A stretch of 63,469 bases of DNA, filler included, from Stramenopiles sp. TOSAG23-2 (lineage: Eukaryota): the NCBI GenBank assembly GCA_900128395.1. It is 11 parts of 11 records of this genome, joined end to end, with 100 filler letters (N's around TTAATTAATTAA, not from the genome) between each part and the next. Parts side by side here need not be neighbours in the genome. Positions count along the whole stretch, not along the records: positions 40,499 to 46,172 come from LT650619.1; positions 46,273 to 51,944 come from LT650620.1; positions 52,045 to 57,709 come from LT650621.1; 8 more parts are not named here. The stretch is one strand, 5' to 3'. The translations under genes were made by a program, and so were the position numbers. Of the stretch, positions 45,417 to 56,218 are shown piece by piece; position 1 is the first letter of the stretch; every line of letters starts with the position of its first letter. The notes beneath the pieces are model-generated. The model was not told the origin of the DNA, made no database searches, and was given only the letters and a program-made list of their open reading frames with translations.

Positions 45417-46172
45417 ATGATACCACCAAAAACCAAAAGTGGTGCTTCTTACCAGACACATGATCCGACGAAAGAGAATCATTATATTACGATCATCGAT
45501 GGCTTGATTCCAAATTCTATGTATAAATTCCGCGTTCGCGGCCATAACGAAGCCGGTTTAGGTTCATTAGGCCCGGCTAGCAATACACTCCGGACCAGTA
45601 TCGATGAGCCTGATCAAGTTAAAACAGTCACAGCATCAAATATAACTGACGATAGTTTGGAATTACAATGGGCAACTCCCAAAACGCATGGAATCATTAT
45701 ATCTGGATATCAAATAAAGTACAAAACGGTGAAAGAACAAAATTGGACTGTGTGGCCAGAAAGTATACCAGCACCTTTAAATGCAACAGTTAATAATTTA
45801 GTTTTGAAAGGACTTAATCCTGGAACTAAATATATGGTTCAAGTCAATACAGAAACTTCTGTTGGACAAAATGAAGGTATAATTGTACGAGACGGCTTCA
45901 ATACAACAGGCAAGAAACGAAGAAGAAGCTCATTTCGTAGAAATAGCAGTAGTGAAGGCACTCCTCGTGCAAGTAATGGTGGTAGTAGCTCCCTCAAATC
46001 TTCATCAAAACGCAGCATTCTTGGAGGTAGCAACAAATCACGCCATAAATTATTAAACAAAAGTAGCAGTAACAGTGGCAAATCAGTATCCAAACGCCGA
46101 CTTTCAAAAAGCAAGACTCATCATGCTAAACGAAGTCCATCAAATGGTAGTAGCAAAAGTAAACGAGACTTG
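45417..46172 (+). CDS. Fibronectin type III repeat protein fragment, 3'-partial
   Basis: GLIPNSMYKFRVRGHN, LQWATP...GYQIKY, GLNPGTKYMVQV; runs into the spacer; probably an internal exon. Confidence 0.75.
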
Positions 46173-46272
46173 NNNNNNNNNNNNNNNNNNNNNNNNNNNN
46201 NNNNNNNNNNNNNNNNTTAATTAATTAANNNNNNNNNNNNNNNNNNNNNNNNNNNNNNNNNNNNNNNNNNNN
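46173..46272. other. Artificial contig spacer
   Basis: N44-TTAATTAATTAA-N44. Confidence 0.99.
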
Positions 46273-49200
46273 GTAGTACCTGTGAAAGAAAATGTTACAT
46301 ATTTTAATACGTTTCAAATTATTGCATGGTCAAGACCTGAAAATTTGAATGTGAAGGAAAACAATGCTGATGATGTTGATCTTATTCAATCCATCAACAA
46401 TAAAATTCAACAAGAATGGGATGCAATGACTGATGCTGAAATCAAAAAGCTCATTAGAAGTTTTAAAATATTCAAAACTCGTGAATCCAAGAAAATACTA
46501 CTAGCAGCAGCAGCGTCAGAGGACGAGCAAAAGAAACAAGAGGATAAAAAAGCAGCAGAAGGTAAAATGGAAATTGATGAAAACGATGAAAAAAAAGTAA
46601 AATTGGAGGGGGGAGAAATGGAGGAAACCCCTGCCACTGATCCTGCTACCACAACAACTACTACTACTACTGCTACTGATGATAACCAGGATACAACCAC
46701 GCCAATTCCAGTATCCATGGCACCATCGATACAAGAAATTTTGAGAAGATGGCATGTAAGAGAGTCCAAAAAGTTAGAAAATAATAAGCCATTGGAAATT
46801 GCTCATTTTGAATTTATAACATCAACAATATTGAAGAAATCAAATCCTACAATGACTGATGAGGAAATTGCGGAGGAAATAAAAAAGCAAAAGAATGATG
46901 ACTCAGCATCTTTATTAATCCAAAGTATAAAACATGTTATTCGAACGAAGATACCAGACATGGAAGAAAAGGTTTTCACTATTTTTTTCTCATATTACAT
47001 GAAAAATGACTGGGAAACAAGATATGGAACCAAGTTCACTCTACAGCAGAAGACATTCAAAGTTGAAATAAAACGCGAATGGCTTGCATTGGAGCAAAAT
47101 ATACGTGTTTTCGCTGCCAATTTGTACAATTCCATATCAAAAAGTGAAATGGAAGGCTTTATACATTATGCGAACAAAATAGCAAAATGGATAAAAAATA
47201 AAAAGGATGACGAATCATTCATAAATGCATTTGAACGACTTATCATGAGTTGGCAAAATAAAAACGTCTTAGACAGATATGCGATTATGAATCCGATTGT
47301 AGTGGATCGATTAAAAAAGCATGATAAGGACGAGTATGAAATTTTAGCAAGAGTAGTTAGTGACACGATATCTATGCTCGAAATATGCGATTCAATGGTT
47401 GGGCATACAGCCAACGAAAGAAAATATGAACCATATGTGGAGGAGACGGACAATGCTGTGCAGCTGTACTTTCAAGATTTTTATAACAAGAAGCTGGAGA
47501 AACTTAAAACGTCAGGGAGTAATCAACAAATGTACAAATTCAAGTCAAAAAAAGAATACTTTCGTAAAAAATGTTATTATGAATGGGACAATAATATGAA
47601 TTATAATGAAAAGGAATATTGGATAAGAAAAGATGCAGAATTTCTTAAAGCCGAGATGGATAAAGATGAAGCGGAAGCATATAAATGGTTTTGTGAAGGA
47701 GCAAGAGAAGTATATCCATTTTATGGTGGTGAGCAAGATGTTTTGCCTTTGGGCATAATCGATAAAATGTGGGATGATATTGCTGACAAGGAGAGCCGAT
47801 CTTTAAGAAAATATTTGGAATCTATTCAATCGAAGAAAAAGGCAAAGGTCAGAAAACGTAAAAAAGTTACAGCCGATCCAGAGGATGAAAAATACCCTAG
47901 AAAAAAGAAAAAACGCATTCCTCATGCTGGTTTCATTTATTGGGAATATTTATTATCACCTGAAATGGAAGCTTTTTGTGGCGTAAAGCAATTATCTAGA
48001 CCAAAAATTACGAAAAAAATTTGGGCATATATTAAACAAAGGAAATTGCAAAACCCAGAAAAGAGACGTGAAGTATTTTGCGATGACAAATTAAAAACGA
48101 TATTTGGTGGTAGGGAAAAAATTACAATGTTTGACATTGCAAAATTGATGGGGAAACACCTGGTGAGTGAACCAATTGTAAATGGAGTAATGCGAATTGC
48201 AAAGCCAAAAATAGCTGATGGAACAGATGATGAGAAGATGGACGTAGATGATGAGAAGATGGACGTAGATGATGAAAGCGAATCTTCATCGGAGGAAGAC
48301 GAATCCTCTTCATCTTCCGAAGACGAAGATAGTGAGGAGGATGAGGATGAAGAAGAGGAAGACGGAGATGGTGGTGAAGAGTCGAGTTCGGGAGGGGAAG
48401 AAGAAGAAGAAGAAGAAGAAGAAGAAGAAGACGAAAAAAGTACCAATATTGAAACAGGTGATATGGTTCAAGCTAGAGCAAGTCGAAAGCGTTTGAGTGC
48501 TCCAGTCTCCGGGTCGTATTTGCCAACAGACGATTCAGGACATTATAATGTAGCAGATCGGGAAAAAGATGATGATGATGAGGAGGAGGCATCTAGTTCT
48601 GGCGAAGAAGACTCGTCATCATCATCATCAGAAGAAGAATCATCCGAGGAGGAAAGTTCTGGTGAGGAAAGTGAGGATGAATATACATTTATTAAAAAGA
48701 ATGGACCTAAAAGACCACCATCTGCGTATATTTACTTTTGCAATTTACATCGCAAAAGATTAGCTCTTGAAAATCCAAAATTAAAGGTAACGCAACTTAT
48801 GAAAAAATTAGCTACAATGTGGAAAGCGCTGGTAACGGAAGAAAAAGATGCAATCGTGAAAGAAGTTAATGCTTTAAAGGAGAAATACAAAGAAGAATAC
48901 GCAATTTTTGCAAAGACGAAACTTAGAAAATGGAAGAGGAATCATCCAGACAGCAGTAGCAGCGAGGAGGAATCTAGTTCAGAAGAAGATGAATCCTCCG
49001 ATGAAGAAATGAAGATGTCTTTTGCTGAAAGAAAGCAAAAAGAGAAAGAGGATCTAATTGCTACATATAAATCATATGTAAATAAGAAAGCTAGAGTATA
49101 CTTTGAGGGCAAATGGTACACAACAACCATCTTATCATTTGATGTGGACAAGATGAGGCATCAAATAAAATATGATAAAGAACAATCAACGGAAATCATT

Positions 49201-51756
49201 AATATGAAAGCATTGGAGAAAGACGGACATATACGATGGATGAAACCAAAAGTGATTAAAAAAAAAAATGCAGCCCCGACTCTTGCCTCGTTGAAAAAGC
49301 CGAAAGCATTTTTTTTACATTTTTACACAGCAGAGGATATTGCTAAGTATCTGGGTATAATGACAATGGAGGAACTACAAAAGAAAGTCGATTTTGATAC
49401 TGCATCAACATATAATAAAATCGTATATAGAAAATGGGCAAAACAATACGTAAAGGATCCAAAACATCCAATCTGTAAATATAACACGGTGTATCCACGA
49501 CATATGCGTTTACCATTTTTATTACGGACTGATATTGATATGAAGGCATTCTGTCCTCCAGCTCACCAAACAATCAAAGTGACAACGACAAAACAAATTT
49601 TACGGAACATTGTTACCTTTCGTTATGATTTATTAATAGGTACATTTTTTGTCGTAAATCGTATAAATAAAAAAAATGCTTTGGGTGTATCTCAATTATT
49701 TGGAAAGGTTAGGAAAGGCGATATATTATGGAGTTGTAATGATGAAGTTTTATATGACATAAGCTTTGCAAACAAAACTGAGTTGAAGATCTTCGATAAT
49801 AACATCGACGATGAAGGATCTGATTCCTATAAATTAATATTTATCAGGTTAGAAACAAATATTTCATATCAATTATTGCACCGGTTAGCACTAGTAGCAA
49901 GTCGTATGTCGACTTTATCATCATTATCAGACATCAATACTAGGCATGGAGATGCATGGCATGCAGGAGAACATTTAAGATTAATTACAACTATTGGCAA
50001 GAATAATAATAATATTTATTCAAAAGAAAATTTATCAATGAAAATTGATTGGGATTTAATTGCTAATAATTACGTTTGTACGAAAAGTAGTAAGCAATGT
50101 TATTCTCGGATGAAAGAATGGTATTTAAGACTGTTTAATGAAAATTTAATGGGAAAGCAATTTTGTGATACATCTACGGAATTGTCACAAGATGCATCTT
50201 CATCATTGCTATCATTATCAATACCATATTTATCCAATTTGACATATTGTACAACATTCAGAAGCGCATATAATGGTGTAGATTTTGTCAATGCATCATC
50301 ATTAGGCGAAGCGACATGGCGCGCATCTATCCGAATGGACAATGGTAGCGGAATGTTGTTAGGATTTTTTAAATCTGAACTTGAAGCTGCATATGTATGT
50401 GATACTTGTGTTCGAATTCAATTTGGTGATTTTGGAGAATCATTCATTAATTTTGGCAATGGTTCAAAGGATCAAGTTATACAACGAAAAGCAAATAGTA
50501 AAATAATCAAACATTGGGCACAATGTGATAAATGTTCAAAATGGCGAGTATTACAGGAAGAGTGGAAGGGCGATACATTCCAGTGCTTTGATGCTTTAAA
50601 AACGTGCGAAGATGAGGAAGATACAGAGTTAAGTGTACCAAAAGAATGCGAATTAAAGCCAGCTGATTATATTGAAAATGGAGTAAAATTTGTGCAAGAA
50701 ATTAAGCGTCAATGGCGCTATCAATCTGCCACATTGGATGACGAGACAAAAAAAAGAATCTTTTTAGAAAAGGCATTGAAAGATCTAGTTGAAAATCATC
50801 CACCAATATTTGAAGATTTTAAAGAATTTCTTGGAAAGGAATTGAAGGAATGTAAAGAACGGCAACAAGTAGAATTGAAAGATATGAAAAACATTTCTAG
50901 TATTGCGAAGAAAATGATTAAAAATCCAAACACATTTCGAGAAGTTGGTGGATTGAGATTGAATGTATATGAAGATTTCGAGTTACCACACGATGACTTT
51001 CCAACATATGGCCATCGAAAAGGTATTTTACATGGTCCTACGTTTACCTGCGACAGCAAAGGTGCAAAATGTCGACGAGGATTTATCCATTTAAATCACA
51101 ATGAAAAATGTGCATTATATTTAAATAGTAAAGAAACGACGAAAGAAAGTGCTGAATGGCTTGGTGGTATTTTCACCGGAGAAGATTTGCCGAAAGATAC
51201 ATATTTATTTAAATACAATGGTGTCAAACGACGAAAAACACACGTATCGATTGAAGGGATGACTGAAGACCAAGTATTTGCATATGCAAAATATCGTTCT
51301 CATACAATGCAAAGCGGGACATATTTATATGATGCAAATGATACTGTACGTTATCCAAATGGTCTTGTTAATACACAGCCGGGAGGATGCTCTGCAGATT
51401 ATCCATATACGTCTGCCTGGGGGAAACGAGGTCAATCTAGGCAAAATAAAGCACTTGATAAATCAAATCGTAATTTATTTCTGAACAATCATTATCCAAA
51501 AGGCACATTAATTACGGTGAATTTTGGACATAGTTATAATACAGAAGGTTTTGTAAAATTAACATGTATTCCAAATCATCGCCGTTTGGAATATGAGAAA
51601 TTCAAGAAAAATAAAAAATCTGGAAGCTTTGGTAAAAAAAAAGCAACAAAGAAAATTAAAAGAAAATCAACGTCCTCGACTGGATTAAATGGTAGTAGCA
51701 GTAATAAGAACAAAAGTAAACCTGCTATGAAGAAGCGGAAGGTGGTACAGCTATGA
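46273..51756 (+). CDS. Multi-domain chromatin protein (SWIB, HMG box, Tudor-like, SANT-like, AP2-like, zf-CW, SET-like), 5'-partial
   Basis: SWIB LSPEMEAFCG...IWAYIK..LQNP; HMG PKRPPSAYIYF; CW WAQCDKCSKWR; AP2-like WRASI..LGFFKSELEAA; SET-like GIFTGEDLPKDT. Confidence 0.85.
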   Translation, partial: VVPVKENVTYFNTFQIIAWSRPENLNVKENNADDVDLIQSINNKIQQEWDAMTDAEIKKLIRSFKIFKTRESKKILLAAAASEDEQKKQEDKKAAEGKMEIDENDEKKVKLEGGEMEETPATDPATTTTTTTTATDDNQDTTTPIPVSMAPSIQEILRRWHVRESKKLENNKPLEIAHFEFITSTILKKSNPTMTDEEIAEEIKKQKNDDSASLLIQSIKHVIRTKIPDMEEKVFTIFFSYYMKNDWETRYGTKFTLQQKTFKVEIKREWLALEQNIRVFAANLYNSISKSEMEGFIHYANKIAKWIKNKKDDESFINAFERLIMSWQNKNVLDRYAIMNPIVVDRLKKHDKDEYEILARVVSDTISMLEICDSMVGHTANERKYEPYVEETDNAVQLYFQDFYNKKLEKLKTSGSNQQMYKFKSKKEYFRKKCYYEWDNNMNYNEKEYWIRKDAEFLKAEMDKDEAEAYKWFCEGAREVYPFYGGEQDVLPLGIIDKMWDDIADKESRSLRKYLESIQSKKKAKVRKRKKVTADPEDEKYPRKKKKRIPHAGFIYWEYLLSPEMEAFCGVKQLSRPKITKKIWAYIKQRKLQNPEKRREVFCDDKLKTIFGGREKITMFDIAKLMGKHLVSEPIVNGVMRIAKPKIADGTDDEKMDVDDEKMDVDDESESSSEEDESSSSSEDEDSEEDEDEEEEDGDGGEESSSGGEEEEEEEEEEEDEKSTNIETGDMVQARASRKRLSAPVSGSYLPTDDSGHYNVADREKDDDDEEEASSSGEEDSSSSSSEEESSEEESSGEESEDEYTFIKKNGPKRPPSAYIYFCNLHRKRLALENPKLKVTQLMKKLATMWKALVTEEKDAIVKEVNALKEKYKEEYAIFAKTKLRKWKRNHPDSSSSEEESSSEEDESSDEEMKMSFAERKQKEKEDLIATYKSYVNKKARVYFEGKWYTTTILSFDVDKMRHQIKYDKEQSTEIINMKALEKDGHIRWMKPKVIKKKNAAPTLASLKKPKAFFLHFYTAEDIAKYLGIMTMEELQKKVDFDTASTYNKIVYRKWAKQYVKDPKHPICKYNTVYPRHMRLPFLLRTDIDMKAFCPPAHQTIKVTTTKQILRNIVTFRYDLLIGTFFVVNRINKKNALGVSQLFGKVRKGDILWSCNDEVLYDISFANKTELKIFDNNIDDEGSDSYKLIFIRLETNISYQLLHRLALVASRMSTLSSLSDINTRHGDAWHAGEHLRLITTIGKNNNNIYSKENLSMKIDWDLIANNYVCTKSSKQCYSRMKEWYLRLFNENLMGKQFCDTSTELSQDASSSLLSLSIPYLSNLTYCTTFRSAYNGVDFVNASSLGEATWRASIRMDNGSGMLLGFFKSELEAAYVCDTCVRIQFGDFGESFINFGNGSKDQVIQRKANSKIIKHWAQCDKCSKWRVLQEEWKGDTFQCFDALKTCEDEEDTELSVPKECELKPADYIENGVKFVQEIKRQWRYQSATLDDETKKRIFLEKALKDLVENHPPIFEDFKEFLGKELKECKERQQVELKDMKNISSIAKKMIKNPNTFREVGGLRLNVYEDFELPHDDFPTYGHRKGILHGPTFTCDSKGAKCRRGFIHLNHNEKCALYLNSKETTKESAEWLGGIFTGEDLPKDTYLFKYNGVKRRKTHVSIEGMTEDQVFAYAKYRSHTMQSGTYLYDANDTVRYPNGLVNTQPGGCSADYPYTSAWGKRGQSRQNKALDKSNRNLFLNNHYPKGTLITVNFGHSYNTEGFVKLTCIPNHRRLEYEKFKKNKKSGSFGKKKATKKIKRKSTSSTGLNGSSSNKNKSKPAMKKRKVVQL

Positions 51757-51944
51757 AAAATTAAATATATATTGTGTGTGAAATTATATATATATTTACA
51801 AAAAAAAATCCTCCTCTCTTCTGTGTCAATTAATACGAGACAAGCGTTTAAAAATTACGATTAAAAATGCTTAACTATTGTGGTCACAAATCGTAATTTT
51901 AATACGAATATTTTAAAAGCTAATATTATGTGTGACTAAATAAC

Positions 51945-52044
51945 NNNNNNNNNNNNNNNNNNNNNNNNNNNNNNNNNNNNNNNNNNNNTTAATTAATTAA
52001 NNNNNNNNNNNNNNNNNNNNNNNNNNNNNNNNNNNNNNNNNNNN
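51945..52044. other. Artificial contig spacer
   Basis: N44-TTAATTAATTAA-N44. Confidence 0.99.
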
Positions 52045-52128
52045 ATATGTATGTATAATATCGAAGCGGATTACCTCTAGCCATGTTAATAGAAGAAAAG
52101 AAACAGAGTATTCGAGATCAAGAACTTA

Positions 52129-55100
52129 ATGTCAGAAGATACAAAGACAGTAACAACATTATCAAAAGCAGAAGCGCTTTGGACAGAAGGTATTGATATC
52201 ATCGACGAGGAGGATCAGAAGAAGAAGAAGAAGAAGAAAATATATAATAATAATAATAATAATAGTAATAGTAAGATGGCAGATAATAGAGAGGAGGAAG
52301 AAGAGGAGTCACTAGCTGTAGATAAAAATTCAATTTGTTTTCACATAGCAAAAAATTTTGTAAAGTATCATTGCACATTTTGTTTCCTGTTCACAGTGTT
52401 AATTTTTGGAGTCAGTGCAATTGCATTAAGTGTAGATGGTGGAATGGGGTTAAGCGAACGAACAAATAATGATTTAACAGTTAATACACATAAAGCGTCG
52501 ATATTAAACGACGCTTTAGATAACGCCAAATCTCTTACGGACCCGGCAGACTCATCGACAAAGAAAAAAGTAAAAGAACGTGAATCAGCGGAAATGTCAC
52601 GAGGATCAATCAGTATAATGTGGAATTCAAAAGATGGAGGAGATATCTTCACCCCAACAAATTTGAAAGAGATGTGCGTGACTGAAAAATTATTTTTTGA
52701 CCATAAAGATTATGAAGATTATTGTGTTTTAAATTATAATGCAAACGGAAACGCCACTGGTTGTAAACCACCAACGTTATCAACGACTTATATGTTTTAT
52801 GGTGCATCGTTTCAAAAATGCGAAACAAGTATGAAAATGACCATACCAGGAGCAGGATCATTGCCAATATGCAGTGTGATGGCGATGCAAGGTAAAAATA
52901 CTTGTAATCCAACAACGATATGTGATTTTATGGCTGATCAGATTCCTACAGCTATAAAAGTAAAAGACCCAAAAGATGAGTTATATGTAGTAAATTCACT
53001 TATTAAAGAAGATTTCAATTTTACAAAATGTGATTCATTAGAAACATGGAAAGTAAATGCTGTGCGAGAATGGCTTTATAAAACACTTAAATTAAAAGAA
53101 GTTAATTTAGGAGGGAATAAAATGACTGGTGAGCAGTTACTTGGATTTTATTTAGATGTTGATACATTGAATCGTGATCCAACAAAGAGTCCACGTGCTA
53201 GATCATTGTTATCGATCGGTTCTCCATTAAAAGGATTTAAAGATGCAAAAGATGATGAAGAAGCACAAAAAAAATTGTACAATGAGTATTTCATGCCATT
53301 AGAACAGGATTTATTTAAAAAATTTGGAATGGAGAAACGCATGTTTTTCAGTCAATATCGTACAAAAGCGGAGACAGATACCATGGATGTTGAATGGTTT
53401 GCATGGGCTATGATGAGTCAGGAATTTTCACGTATATTGGGTGAAGATTTCCTTGCACCAATTGCATCCATTGGTGTTGTCATTACATGGATATTAATAC
53501 ACACCGGATCCGTTTTCGTAGGTGGACTTGGCATGTTGCAGATACTATTATCGATTCCATTTTCGTTTGCATTTTATAAATTTGTATTAGGCATACCATT
53601 TTTCTCGCAAATGCATATATTAACAATATTTTTAGTGTTAGGTGTTGGTGCAGATGATGTATTTGTTTTGAATGATGCTTGGAAACAAAGTAAAACGGCA
53701 GTACATCGTGCTGCTGGTGACAGTAAAATGGATTTTTTAACGAATAGAATGTTTTATGCATACAAGCGAACTGCCAGTGCAGTTTTCAATACAAGTTTTA
53801 CTACAGCGATGGCATTCGTTTCCACAGGGATTTCACCAATGATGTCTATTAGCACATTTGGTTGGTTCGCATCGGTTTGTATTTGTGTGAATTATCTATT
53901 TGTTATTACATTTACACCATGTGTAATATTAATTCATCATTTATATATTATACCATGTTTCAATAAAATGATTGGTAGAAAACCGAAAGAGGAGGATGAA
54001 GAGGAAGGTAGCAGCAAACCTGTTGCTGAGGAAGTTGATGCAGTTGGTAAATTATTTGGTAAATATTACGCACCGTTGTTGTTGAAAACATTGGAGAAAG
54101 GAAATAATAAAATTAATAATGAGGAAGACGAGGAAACAGGCAACACGACACCACGTGGCGATGATGGAGCATCGTCCTGGAAACAAAAAATTAAGCCATG
54201 TTCATTAATCTTAGTTTTGATCTTCTTAGGTTACGGTATCCAGGCAGTTTATTTTATGGTCCAACTTACACCACCAACAAAAGCGGAAGCATGGTTTCCA
54301 CCTGATCATATGATAACTGGCTTAACGGATCGTATGACGGATAATTATATGGGTGGCAGTGATAATTCATATGTTGTAATGTCCTTCGTTGTAGGCATTA
54401 CCGGTGCAGACCGTGAGGCTTCTGGTTTTGATATTTATAAACCAGATGATAATCGTGGCTTAGCTACGTTTGATGACAAATTTGATTTATATCCAGAAGC
54501 GAATCAGATTGCATTTCAAAACTTATGCGATTACGTTGATAATTTTAAATGCGAAGATAGCAATGGAAAATGGTTAGATGGTTGTTTAGATCAAACAAAC
54601 CATAAATTAGTACGAGGTGGTACCTTAGTATGTTTCATTACTGAATTTCGTGATTGGCATAAAGGTACATATGGTAATATACCAAGTGAGAAAGATGGAG
54701 TGACAAAACCTGAATTTTTAACTCGTATCAAAGAGTTTCGTGAGACTACTAAGCCTGGCAATGAAACTAGCAAAAGTTGGAAAACTACTATTGGTTTCAT
54801 TGATGGTAAATTTAAATATGCGCGAATTCCGTTTACGAGCTCAATGGCACGATTAAATCCAGTTTTGAAGAAGGAGCCTGTATATGAACTGTTGGAAAAA
54901 TCTGTTGAGGAGCAAATAGAGAAAATGCCTGAAGGATTAAAATCAATATTCCAAGAAAGTGGATATTATGGTTGGGTATGGATGGTAACGCAACGGCAAT
55001 TGGTTACTTCAATGATGGAAGGTATGGCTATATGCTTCCCCGTTGCATTTGTTGTCCTTATGGTTGCAACGAACAATATCATCATTAGTAGTTTTGCTAC

Positions 55101-55674
55101 TTTAAGTATTGGCTTTATCGTTAGCAGTGTTCTTGGTTTTACGAAAGCTGTAATGGGTTGGGATTTAGGTATAGCAGAATCAATTGCTGGTATTATAGTA
55201 ATCGGTTTTAGTGTCGATTATGTTGTACATTTAGCACATATGTACATGGATGGTTTCCATGTTGGTGGTTTTTCAGATCGTGATTTACGAATTTCTTATG
55301 CCTTGGAAAAAATGGGTGGAACTGTATTTGCTGGCGCAGTGACAACTGCAGGATCTGGCGCTGTCATGTGGATATGCCAATTGACGTTCTTCACGAAAAT
55401 GGCCGTGTTAATCACTATGACTATTTTGTTTTCGCTATTTTACAGTACACTTTTTTTTATTCCTTTGTGTGCATTAATTGGGCCAAATGGAACATTTGGA
55501 GATATTATTAAAATGGGACATGGCAAAAAAGGTCATATAGTTTCTCCACGGTCAATTACTGTCAAGCCAAAGAAAGGGCGACAGGAAGGAGAAAAAGATG
55601 ATGCGAAAAATTATCAATTGCCGGTATTGGATGAAAGTAAAAATTATAAATTGCCAGAGAAAGCAACTGTGTAA
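52129..55674 (+). CDS. Dispatched/Patched-family RND transporter with sterol-sensing domain
   Basis: LGVGADDVFV and IGFSVDYVVH TM4/TM10 motifs, TSFTTAMAF, 12-TM layout with two large loops. Confidence 0.9.
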   Translation: MSEDTKTVTTLSKAEALWTEGIDIIDEEDQKKKKKKKIYNNNNNNSNSKMADNREEEEEESLAVDKNSICFHIAKNFVKYHCTFCFLFTVLIFGVSAIALSVDGGMGLSERTNNDLTVNTHKASILNDALDNAKSLTDPADSSTKKKVKERESAEMSRGSISIMWNSKDGGDIFTPTNLKEMCVTEKLFFDHKDYEDYCVLNYNANGNATGCKPPTLSTTYMFYGASFQKCETSMKMTIPGAGSLPICSVMAMQGKNTCNPTTICDFMADQIPTAIKVKDPKDELYVVNSLIKEDFNFTKCDSLETWKVNAVREWLYKTLKLKEVNLGGNKMTGEQLLGFYLDVDTLNRDPTKSPRARSLLSIGSPLKGFKDAKDDEEAQKKLYNEYFMPLEQDLFKKFGMEKRMFFSQYRTKAETDTMDVEWFAWAMMSQEFSRILGEDFLAPIASIGVVITWILIHTGSVFVGGLGMLQILLSIPFSFAFYKFVLGIPFFSQMHILTIFLVLGVGADDVFVLNDAWKQSKTAVHRAAGDSKMDFLTNRMFYAYKRTASAVFNTSFTTAMAFVSTGISPMMSISTFGWFASVCICVNYLFVITFTPCVILIHHLYIIPCFNKMIGRKPKEEDEEEGSSKPVAEEVDAVGKLFGKYYAPLLLKTLEKGNNKINNEEDEETGNTTPRGDDGASSWKQKIKPCSLILVLIFLGYGIQAVYFMVQLTPPTKAEAWFPPDHMITGLTDRMTDNYMGGSDNSYVVMSFVVGITGADREASGFDIYKPDDNRGLATFDDKFDLYPEANQIAFQNLCDYVDNFKCEDSNGKWLDGCLDQTNHKLVRGGTLVCFITEFRDWHKGTYGNIPSEKDGVTKPEFLTRIKEFRETTKPGNETSKSWKTTIGFIDGKFKYARIPFTSSMARLNPVLKKEPVYELLEKSVEEQIEKMPEGLKSIFQESGYYGWVWMVTQRQLVTSMMEGMAICFPVAFVVLMVATNNIIISSFATLSIGFIVSSVLGFTKAVMGWDLGIAESIAGIIVIGFSVDYVVHLAHMYMDGFHVGGFSDRDLRISYALEKMGGTVFAGAVTTAGSGAVMWICQLTFFTKMAVLITMTILFSLFYSTLFFIPLCALIGPNGTFGDIIKMGHGKKGHIVSPRSITVKPKKGRQEGEKDDAKNYQLPVLDESKNYKLPEKATV

Positions 55675-56150
55675 ATTGATGATAGTAGTGGAGGAGGGGT
55701 ATGTATTATTTGTCTGATACATATATGCGTTTGTGGTTGTTTTTACATTTTTTTGTGTTGCACGATTTTTTTAATTCGCCGTTGCAATACATGTGTACGA
55801 GAGTGTTCATATGTATTTTTTTTTATATGACCAGTGTATATAAAACTTATATTTAAAGAGAAAAAACGCAAAATCTAAAAGGATAATATTAATTAAAATA
55901 TGATCTGGTTAAAATCTACGTAAGAGTTATTAAATACTCGTAATTTTACTTCCCCCGTGCTAAGTAATATTGCTCAATACTCAATCGCAAGAATAATATT
56001 CTATCCTACTATATATAGTAAAGCTCTAATGCACCGCTGCAAACTAATATTAATAATACGAAGCCGTAAAATATTTAATTTTACGCACTAATATATATAT
56101 TATACGAAGTATGATACGTATAAATTACGTATGCATTAATTAAATATGAT

Positions 56151-56207
56151 ACGTAATCATCGCTTCTTCGCGAAGAAGCGTCGAGCAAGCTCGACTAACG
56201 TAATCAT
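56151..56207. other. GC-rich double palindrome flanked by 10-bp direct repeats
   Basis: ACGTAATCAT-[CGCTTCTTCGCGAAGAAGCG TCGAGCAAGCTCGAC TA]-ACGTAATCAT. Confidence 0.7.
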
Positions 56208-56218
56208 ATGATAATCTT

